A stretch of 64,000 nucleotides of DNA from Lytechinus pictus (lineage: Eukaryota), in contig NC_087254.1 in NCBI RefSeq assembly GCF_037042905.1, positions 26,102,001 through 26,166,000 on the forward strand. Direction: 5' to 3'. The translations under genes were made by a program, and so were the position numbers. This document shows, one piece after another, positions 11,701-21,200 of the stretch (its first letter is position 1; every line of letters starts with the position of its first letter). The notes beneath the pieces were generated by a model. That model was given only the letters and a program-made list of their open reading frames with translations, was not told the DNA's origin and ran no database searches.

Positions 11701-13611
11701 CGGAGAGAGAAAGCGAAGTTGGACGCCAGGATGAGGGACTGGGGATACGAAGAAAACTGGATGAGATCAAGGAGCGAGAATGAGGAGAGTGTTGAGGATG
11801 ATCAAGAAACGGGAGAGGACTCTGATGATTCGTTTGAGGAAGACGAGGACGAGGGATTATCTGCACTAATGAGCTCAAAATCCTCACCTGAACGTGAGGG
11901 AGACAGGCGTCGTCGTGGCAGATCCCGGCGTGACGACCAAATAAACTCAGTGGTCCAAACCGACAATGTTAGAAGTGTCAAAGGATCACCTGATCGAAAA
12001 GAAGTGCCAACAAAGAGAACAAACGAAAAAAAATTGAATGAAACAGCTAAACAGAATTCCTCAAAAAGAGAAGCAAAATCAATTGAATTGCTACGTGGGA
12101 GATCGTTTAACGATGATGTCGACCAAGTTGGAAAGGGGACTGATAACATTGGAAGGGTCAGAAGAAATATCGCAGAGACATTCGATGAGGAGGAAACAGT
12201 AATAAAGCGTTCCGAATACCAAAAGGATGGAACTGTATCTGGTCCTCCAACAGAGAAGATTGTGAGATCAGATGATGAACCATGGTTTCTGACATCAGAA
12301 CCAGCCGTAAATGCTGAACATCAGACATTACCCAAGGTTCCTGCTTCTACGGGTCTGTCTTCTTCTTTAGAAGCCAATTCATCCTATACACAGCAACAAA
12401 CACAAGCGATGTCTTCAACATCGCAAGTGCAAGATGCTCCACCTCAACCTCCAGTCAAAAGAGAATCAGTTTCTTCACCCCATCAGTCTTTTACCACGTT
12501 TTCGCTGACCCAACCTCCCATGGATGAATCGAGGATGAGTAGAATGAATTCAGTAGTTCTAGAATCAAATCAATATCAACCGCTCGAAACACGTGAGTCC
12601 ATTCTTCCTGACTTCCCCGATTCGTTTGATTCTATGCATCATTTAGTGAAAGATAGATACCATTCTGCGCTCGCTCCACCACCACCTCCATCGGGGCTTT
12701 CAAGACCACCTTTGCCACCGTCTTTAGCAGGAGATCATCTTATACATGTACCTCCACCTCCATTGCATACCCCACCTCCTCCTGACTTGGGTAATGTACC
12801 CCCTCCGGCTGCACAGGATGTAAATCCGTCCTTTGCTGTTCCACAAAACATGCCTCCACCCCCACCAGCTTTGCAGAACACCACTCTACCTCCACCACCA
12901 CCATCGATATCCATGCAGAATAGCGCTCTTCCACCTCCACCACCACCAGCATTGCAGAACACCACTCTACCCCCACCACCACCACCACTAGTCCAGCCTA
13001 ACAACCCGAGACCAATGTCACCGCTAGGTCAGTCAGATGCTCTTCCCCCGCAGCCACCCTTAAATCCAATCAGCATCTCTCGGGAAAAACTAGAACTAAA
13101 CAGGCAGCGTCGCAAAAGCACGGGTGCTCGATTCGAAAGAGGGCACCAAGCACTTGACCAACTAAACGCTAATCAAAACTCAAGACAATCTGCTGGTGTC
13201 CATGGTGGTGATACAGTAACAACGTACCTTGCGACATTGGGTGCTAGCCCTTTCCGGTCAGATACAACCCCAAAAGAACTGTCTTCACCGGGTGGCGATT
13301 CGAGTTTCCTTAAAGTGCGGAACAACAGGAACGACTCCAAGGAAAGAGAGAAACTCGACCACACTCTTGGACTCGTGTCAGAGCTCTTGGACAGTTTGAA
13401 GCGAGCTGAACATAGGCCTACTTCTGAATCACATGCTGAAGAGCTTGGTGAAGGACGTGGTGTGGATGACCAAGGTGACACCTACCTCTGTGAAGATTGT
13501 GAAAGAGCTATGGAAGAAAAGAACAACAGCTTAAAACTCGTGAGTGTAGAGGATTTGTTGTCAAACGAAGATGATTTCCAATCGTGCGCTGATAACTCAC
13601 CAGATATCTAA
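2572..13611 (+). CDS. 5'-partial multi-exon type-I membrane protein: >=5 TSP1 + 2 LamG + Ig + TM + long acidic/proline-rich cytoplasmic tail
   Basis: Exons, all GT-AG and phase-compatible: 2572-2766, 3390-3542, 4383-4553, 4949-5143, 5567-5737 (TSP1); 6387-6637, 7126-7312, 7519-7644 (LamG1); 7919-8184, 8486-8786 (LamG2); 9616-9785, 10245-10386 (Ig); 11021-11138 (TM); 11565-13611 (tail, TAA). They sum to 4493 nt plus one upstream base, one open frame of about 1497 aa. The first exon begins at a phase-1 acceptor, so the signal peptide lies upstream of the window. Confidence 0.88.
3590..4085. repeat. (CTA)n microsatellite interrupted by assembly gap 3759-4063
   Basis: Direct reading: CTA runs on both sides of an N run. 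Confidence 0.95.
6387..8786 (+). CDS. Two laminin G-like domains (5 exons)
   Basis: LamG1: LRFDGSSFLIY...HGLLVL...LDKWNTLEI...LRVND...PMYVGG...GFTGKI. LamG2: PTFTGKEYA...EGILLY...FFALALEDDKL...KWSLL...ELYVGG...GFCGEI. Exons 7126-7312 and 7519-7644 are in frames the ORF track missed. Confidence 0.88.
9616..10386 (+). CDS. Immunoglobulin-like domain (2 exons)
   Basis: LLLRCQF...TWLYKGD|...ASLLLSSISKETEGFYACQV gives the B-strand Cys, C-strand Trp and F-strand (D/E)xGxYxC-type motif. Confidence 0.85.
9845..10014. mobile_element. Short MITE (Harbinger-like) in an Ig-domain intron
   Basis: Terminal inverted repeats GGGGAGCATTTCA ... TGAAATGCTCCCC. Confidence 0.65.
11021..11138 (+). CDS. Transmembrane-helix exon with juxtamembrane cysteines
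   Basis: IIIVAGVGSFMVVVFLVVLMSF followed by CAPCRR. Acceptor tgcag, donor gtatgg. Confidence 0.88.
11565..13611 (+). CDS. Large terminal exon encoding a disordered cytoplasmic tail (acidic, Ser-rich, poly-Pro)
   Basis: Strong acceptor ttttcatttttttcag at 11564. It lies in the 695-aa ORF and is in phase with the TM exon (TG|G = Trp). Confidence 0.88.
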
Positions 13612-14021
13612 ACACAGCATTGTAAATAGTATTACAGTTTTTATTTATTCATTTCCAATGTGGAGGAATTGATATTTAGCAAATTTTGCATCAATAGTTT
13701 AATACCATAGTAAAAAAGGCATTATGTATCATAGGTTATATTATATTAACCAGTTGCTGATCGGGGGGGGGGGGGGGTTGTTGTTGTTGTTTGTTGGAAA
13801 TTAATGGCGACCAGTCATATTTGACTATTACCGTTAGGTACTCGTTAGGCCAACTATTATTTTTTTTCTTTTCTTCGACGTGTCCTTTGAAATCGTTCCT
13901 CTCCTTCTTTCTTTGTTTTTTTCTAATTATTATTATTATTATTAGGAAGAAGGCACCCACTTTTATTGTCAACGTGACCCCCTACTTAATTCTCCTTCTG
14001 AACCATGCGAACTGATAGTCG

Positions 14022-14475
14022 TTTATGCCAACGCCAACCTTTTGTGTATGCCGGAGGTTTTGTTTTGGGGTTGTCCGACCGTTCGTCCGGTTTTCGTGCT
14101 CGCGATGATAATAATAAAAAAATTAAAAAAACACTTTAATGAATCAGCTTTAACATTTTATGTATAATAGGTGATCTTATGATTATTTTGTGTTGAGGGT
14201 AAATTTCAAAAGTGACTATGAAAAAGGGCTAGTAATTTTAATAAATGAACTTTAAACTTAGACTCGGATATAAATATGATGATCTGGTCAGAACCTCTTT
14301 GTAATATAGTTCCTCACTCTTCTCCCGAATTATAGATCCAATACAAAAATCAGAATTGAACTCACAGGAGTTAACAATCTGTTAGATTATTACTATTGTT
14401 GAAAAATTTAGAATGTAAGTGCAATATGTATATTTACAGATCTGTCGATGGCGGAGACATACATTTCGAAACTCC
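14022..14475 (+). mobile_element. Degenerate Helentron-associated (HINE/DINE-like) element
   Basis: The 5' end is tttatgcc(aa)cgcc...ccggagg, followed by a gtcc-type microsatellite remnant (gttgtccgaccgttcgtccg). A 3' sub-terminal inverted repeat ggcggagacata is present. Confidence 0.45.
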
Positions 14476-14959
14476 AAATTATATGATTTTTTAAACTACA
14501 TGTAATTATACTTTCCTTTTGAAAAAAAAAAGCATTCTATCAATATAGTAAAACTTAAAATTTGTTTGAGGCCCTGAACGATTTTGCAACGGGCTAAATT
14601 TTTGTTGTTGCTGTTGCTATAATGGCCCTTTTGTCGGCTTATTATATTCACTCGCGTTCGTAATCACTCGCGTCGGGTTGGTAATCACACGCGTTTTTTA
14701 TTTTTGGCGATTTTTTTGTTTTCGGCGCGATTTTTTTTCTAACGGTGTCTTCAATGGGACAAACGTACTGGAAAAATAAAATGAAATTGAAATTCGAGTT
14801 TCGTTTTATTTTAAGCTGGTAAGTGCCTTAAATAAAACGTTCTCGACCACTGTTTTAAGATAACAAGCAAATTTTGACTACTGTTTTAACATAATCACAT
14901 TCCACATCTTAAATCTTAGAGCCATAGGCGGCGGAAGCGGGGGGGGGGGGCTCCCCCTA

Positions 14960-15565
14960 AAAAAGAGAGAGGGGGGGGGAGAAAGGAAGGGAAAGAGGGA
15001 GAAAAGAGAAAGAAAAAAAAAGACAGACAGAAAGAAAGAAGCAAGGAAAAAAGGAGAAAGAAAGGAGAAAAGGAATAAAGAAGAAAAAGGAGGAAAGGCT
15101 ACTCTCGATTTAGCTTTGCCTTTGGAGGATTTTCCTGAAGTCTGTGGTATTCTTTATAAAGCATAGCGAGGTGCTACAATTTCATAATATCACTATTTAT
15201 TTGCTTCTCCCTTTCTTTGTGAATTATTCTACACTAACGTAAAAATCAGGGAGGAAAAAAGTGCTGAAGAAGAAAAGCAAGAAGGAAGGAGGAGGAGAAG
15301 TAGAAGAAGAAAAAAGAAGATGGAGGACATAAGGGGGTAAAAATGAAACTAAAAAGAGAAAATTGAGGGGAGGATGTAGAAGAAGAGAAAGAGAAGATAA
15401 AATAAGGGGAAGACTGAGAAGAGAAAAGGAAGAAGTGAGAAGGGAGATGAACAATAAGGAGAAAGGGAAGAAATTGAGAAGTAGAAGAACAGGGAGAAGA
15501 ATAAGATGACATAATAACGGGAATAAAAAGAAGACTGAGAAGAAAGAGAAGTAGGAGGGGGAGTA
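14960..15565. repeat. Purine-rich (GA) low-complexity tract
   Basis: Direct reading. It follows a cataggcggcggaagc-poly(G) hAT-like terminus at ~14923. Confidence 0.8.
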
Positions 15566-16119
15566 AAGTGCACTCTGGTTATAAAGAAGTCCGAGGGACC
15601 AACAAAATTGTTCCTTTATACAAATAATTGTGTGTGTGTGTGATATAAGTTTTTTTTATATAATGATAGTGCACTGAACAAAATTTAAAAATGGTAAAAT
15701 GGATTTTCATTAATCTTGCAGGACGTTGCAGGGTGAAAAATATGAAAAAATTTGGGGGTTATCAAGGACAAGAAATCTACACTGTATTGTAATGTATTTA
15801 CAAGTGTATATTTGTTGTTGATCACAATGTTTTATTTATGTTTATGTATCCAGCCTACTGTGACTCCCTGAAGCCATGTCTTCTGTTTTCCAATCCATTA
15901 TTTCTGACTCAATCTGAGTTACCTCGTGCTTGGAGTTGTTTAAGGAGCCTGGATAAATGACGTAGCCGACAACTTCTGTTTTCAGGAAGGCACCGGGACG
16001 GTACGGTACCTTGGCTTTGATCGTCGCGCGAATTTTTACCGTGAGAGCGCGCACAGCCACAGGGGCGGATCTTGACCAAAAGCTTCGGTCTTTGTGTCTA
16101 TTAATTATTATGTTGGTTG

Positions 16120-16658
16120 CCCGGGGGGGGCACTCGACCAAAAAAGTGGTAGGGGTGTGCCGCGGGCGAGACAAAAATCGGGGGCCTTGGAGCGGGCTTA
16201 TTGTAAAAAGGAGGGTCCTCGGAACGGGCTTCGGAACTACAATTTTGTGAAAACGGGGGTCCTTGGAACGGATCGCCAGCGTGCGAGTACGTGCGTATGT
16301 ACCCCTATGGAACGGGCATGCGTGCATGATGCAGCTATACGCGGCCTCCGCTGGGTGCGCTAGCGCAGAGACGATGGTCGGACAGCGCTCGGCGGCCGCT
16401 TTTCACCAAAATTGCAGCAGATCAATGCGACCGGAACGGCGTAACGAAAAATATGCGAAGCTTTGGAGCGGATTTCTTTCTTTTTTTTTCTCGATAAGAA
16501 CAAAGTGCTATGCCTTGGAGCGGCTTTCTTTGTTTTTTGTCTCGATAAGACAAAAATGCTATGCCTCGGAACGAAAATTTGAGTGTGAAAATGGGGGTCC
16601 CCTCCGCGGCACATACCCACTATGCATTATATACTGAGTGCCCCCCCCCCCCCCCGGG
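16120..16658. mobile_element. Nested non-autonomous TIR element with CCCGGG termini and 8-bp TSD
   Basis: CCCG(n)CACTC ... GAGTGC(n)GGG, flanked by GTTGGTTG at 16112-16119 and 16659-16666. It has internal (t/c)ggaacg/ggagcg repeats. Confidence 0.8.
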
Positions 16659-18298
16659 GTTGGTTGTTCCGCTGAACTCCGTTGGCTCCACTCACCAAAT
16701 ACAGATAAATTTAAAAAAAAATTAAAAATGTTTGAAAAAAACTCCTCGAAACAGACTGCTGCCAGCTGTCTGGGGCGGATCAAGCTTGTTTTCTATTCTT
16801 TAATTGCCGGCTTAAAACGAAACTCAAATTTCCCTGCATGTCTGTCCCATTGAAGACACCGTTAAAAAAAAATCGCACCGAAATAAAAAAAAATCGCCAA
16901 AAATTCAAAACGCGAGTGATTACGAACCAGAACGCGACGCGAGTGATTATAAACTGCCCTTTTGTCTGTGTTAAAATAATTGATTCTCGATCTAGTTGTT
17001 TTATTGATTGCATGTATAGGAGAAGAGAAGAAATGAATTCTAAAGAAAAGAGTATAATAAAGTTGGAATAATATACTACAGTGTATGTCACAGTGTACTA
17101 TGTGAAATGTTCTTATAAAATAAATGTAATACATCAATATGATATTGAACTACAGTAGTCCTAATGTAATTTCATGTCTATACCATTTAATTCAATTTGT
17201 ATTCTTTTTTATGAAAGATAAAATGATAAAAATGACTATTCGTGTAGTGCTACTACCGATAAATCGAGGAATAACAAAGGTACAATTTTTAAAATTTAAA
17301 TGTAAATATGTAAATTTACTCATTTTGGGTTACGAGGTAGCATGTTCACATGCAACATCCTTCTTTGAAATATATACGATTTGTTGTTTTATTGATAATT
17401 TGTTTAATACCAATTATCCTACAAATCTTATGACACCTATCATTGGTAATTAATTCTCTAACAAGCGGGCAGGACCCTAGGGACGATTTTCTTTTACAGG
17501 GGGTGCTGATGTAAATATGACAAGCGGAAAAAATGACAATGATAAAATAAAAAAGGGGGTTTCACTACAAAATGTAGGTCACCTTGGTCCCGACAAATTT
17601 GACAAGCAAATGTAGGTCATTTTGGTCCGAAGAAATTTAACAAGCAAAAAAAAAAAGGGGGGGGGGTTCAATATTTGTTTATATTTTTGGATTTTGCCAA
17701 TTTTGCGAAGGCTTGGTTGATCTACCGACATCGGCTTCATAATCATTATGTGTTTATTTTCCCCAAAATGCATTCCAAAGACATCAAACAAAGCACTTAA
17801 AATGTTAGCACATATAAGAGACCACACACAAAAAAGAGGAAGTTGAAAGCGACATTTGTTTCAAGCAAAATGCAACCGATATTTATTCAAATTAGCACTA
17901 CGTCTGAAAATACAAAAATAGAAAATTACCGGTACATGTTTTATCGTGACTACTTTTAAGTTGTAGTTAATCTAAATCCAAGAAACAGACATTTTCTTCA
18001 CATATCTGCAGGGGGCTATAATGTTTGAATACTTTCAAGAAGCAAGCAGTACATTTTTTTTGGTTTAATTTAAATCTCTCCCATCGTATATTAAAATCAA
18101 TTCGATGAAAATAAAACGTAATAACAATTATTAAGTATATAGGAAAAAACAAGGCAATTTGTCTGCATAACATCGCATTTCAGTCTTTTCATGAGGTACT
18201 AAGTTGTATCAATGCACAATTTAAGTTTCCTCGAGAACCACGGGGTATCTGACGTCAGAGCTATCTCTTTGTGATGCCATCGCTTTCTCATTATGACG

Positions 18299-21200
18299 TC
18301 ACAGCTTTCTCTTTGTGATGTAATTTCTGCAGCCATCTTTTGGTTTGAGAGTGATGTTTTCTGTAAACTTGAAGTTTTGGTTTGGTACAAGCTGGAATTC
18401 TAACTGCTTGATCAACTTACACATGATCACCTTGGCTTCCATCTAAATAATCGAATTCAAAAGGGAAAATTAGATAAAACAAAACTGCAATGTGTACCTT
18501 GAATTTGATTAAAATAATGCCTACGAACTGAAATAGAAAATTCATTATTGCAGGCCTGCTTAGACATCACATGATTTGTATTGACTCATTTCCCTTCTCG
18601 TTTCTTCATTTCTTTGTTGTAAGTTTATAAGGAAAAACGATCTATTGCCACCCTCGAATGTATTTACCAGCTGACATCTTCTTATGAAGGGGTTTTATTT
18701 AGTTGGCTAATAAAGAACTCTTTAGATTTCGACTAGAATACTGATAGCTTACGTAAAGGGTAAATTGATAACTATGATACTTTAAAGGTCAAGTTTACCC
18801 CAGAAAATTGTTAATTTGAATCGATAGAGAAAAATCAAACAAGCATAACACTGAAAATTTCATCAAAATCAGATGTACACAATAAGAAAGTTATGACAAT
18901 TTGAAGTTTTGCTTATTTTCACAAAACACAGTTATGTGCACTACTCGGTGATATGCAAATGAGAGAGTCGATGATGTCCCTCACTCACTATTTCTTTTGT
19001 TTTTTATTGTTTTAATTATACAATATTTAATTTTTTACAAATTTGACAATAAGGAACAACTTGATTTATACATAAACTGTTAAATAATGGTAATTTAAAA
19101 GGTTCAGGGAAGAATTAAATTTTGTTTCACATGACAATGAGGAGAAAATTAGAAGTTTTCATATTTCATATAATAAATAGTGAGTGCATGACATGATCGG
19201 TCTGCTCATTTGCATACCGACCAGGATGTGCGTATAACTGTTTTGTACAAATAAAGTGAAACTTTCAAATGTCATTGTTTTCTTATTTTACATCCGATTT
19301 TGATAAAATTTTCAGTGTTATGCCTGTTGGATTTTTTTCCTTTTATTCAAATAATTTTTTTGTTGGGGTGGACTTGTCCTTAAAAAAAGAGTGTGATATT
19401 CGCAGTGATCAGTGGATTTGGAATAATGCAGCTCATCGTTGACTTGCAGTTATTTTTCACATAAGAAATTGGATGAAGTCGTTACCAGGCTCTCTCTTTC
19501 CTTTCTTTTTTTCTTGTTCTTCATCCTTTGAAAAAAAAATCCTCCGGGGTGGTAACGGCAATGTCTAGCCCCCTCTACTGACAAGCATGGTACATGTACA
19601 TGTATGTGTTCAGAATATGGATCAGTAGATTATTGATTCACTTACCATAGCAAATGTCTGACCAATGCATGACCGACTGCCCATTGAAAATGGTACGTAG
19701 GCAAATAATGGGCTGCAATATATAAAAAGAAAATAAATTTGAAAAGTATAAAAATTGGATTCGTATTGGGTATTCATCGAAGAAACAGTATTCAAACTAT
19801 TTCAGCTCCCAATATGACCCATTTGTTCGAATCGTAGTTGCCACGTGGAATCATCACAGACAGAATTTGTCAGATGACATATCTAACTTTATCATTTGTT
19901 ATCATTACAGGAAAGAAATGAGAGCACATTTCAAGTACAGGAAAAAGAAGGGAATATTTTTTTATTATTTGTTATTTATTTATTTTTATTTCTTTATTCA
20001 TATATTATTATTATAATTTTTTTTTTTTTTTTTTTTTTTTTTTTGGGGGGGGGAGCATTTTTTATGTGTGTGGGTGGGTGGGGGGATGAAGCAATAGATA
20101 AGTTCACCGATTGGATTTACGCCGGTGGGGGGGGGGTACATGTATATAGGAACCTGTAGTTAAGGGCTTGTCGTGTGAGTGACTGGCAGACGCCAATCCA
20201 AGCATTTTAACCAAACTTTGACCGGACTTTAATAGTATTACTGCAAGATCATTATGAAAAAGAAGGATTAAGTGGTACTTGTAAAAGGCATCAAAAATCC
20301 TATTAAAGGCTAAGATTTTACAATCCACTAAACCTACTGACTGTCTACACTAGGCTTACTAGAGCATGCGGTGTCCCCGAGATGGACATGTACCTTTTTT
20401 GATGGCAGTGCGAATCTTATAAATGTATAGCCAACACCAAACACCAACATTACACCGGTAGATTAAGCCGTAAAAACACATGTCTTAAAAGTTCTCAATT
20501 TTTATATACATGGTACAAAACACATACAATAAATTAAAATCATTCACAAGGGAAAATAAAAATCCATTATGATTGTCCAGAGAATGTTGACCACCAGAAC
20601 GCAAATATGAAAATATCTAACTTCTAAAGGTATTATTTGGACATAACTATAAAACGGGAAAAATGTAGCAATGAAAGGACATCACGTGAGAATGTTAACA
20701 TTTTGTTGAGGTGAAATAAGATAGATCAAATACCTTCAGACACCTGTCATGAAATATTTATAACTATGATCCAAAAGAATGTAAGTAGTAATTTATAAGT
20801 CCTGATGACAATAATTTATTTATTTATTTATTTATATATTTATTTATTCATTTATTGGTTTTCTTTATAATCTTACCTGTCTTCATCTCTTGTGAATCTC
20901 TCTGGATCGAATGTAGCTGGATTTTTGAAATACTTTTCGTTTCTACCTATTCCATAAATTTGCAACTGAATGAAAAGATATAATTTTATAATATTTTATA
21001 TGAAATGAAGATCTAAATATTGTCTTGCAGCTATAGTTTGCTTTATCTAACACATTGAGTAATATCAACATACGGAAACCTATAACAGAAAAACGCGTCG
21101 CAAATTTTCTTGCTGCCTTGTGTCTATAAGCGCCATGAGAATCTGATTGGCGGATACATGTATATATAAATAGCACTTTCTGTTCTGAGTTTACAAAAGT

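Larger units (their letters stand above)
14636..16958. mobile_element. Non-autonomous long-TIR DNA transposon (MULE/Merlin-like) with 8-bp TSD and nested insertions
   Basis: Imperfect TIRs of about 170-190 bp (e.g. aacggtgtcttcaatgggac at ~14741 vs gtcccattgaagacaccgtt at ~16844). Termini are GGC...GCC. CTTTTGTC flanks both ends (14628-14635 and 16959-16966). Confidence 0.8.

Noticed and set aside
12735-13004. Gly-rich and Val-rich minus-strand ORFs
   Set aside because: They are antisense shadows of the poly-proline coding exon.
15842-16327. 161-aa minus-strand ORF
   Set aside because: Its 5' half lies in a nested MITE. With the insertion removed, the frame hits an upstream stop with no early ATG, and there is no recognisable domain.
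14621-16975. Crypton/tyrosine-recombinase element with loxP-like ends (11-bp direct repeat GCCCTTTTGTC)
   Set aside because: It is more simply read as GGC...GCC TIR termini plus an 8-bp TSD. The extra matching bases come from the TIR end and chance, and there is no recombinase ORF.
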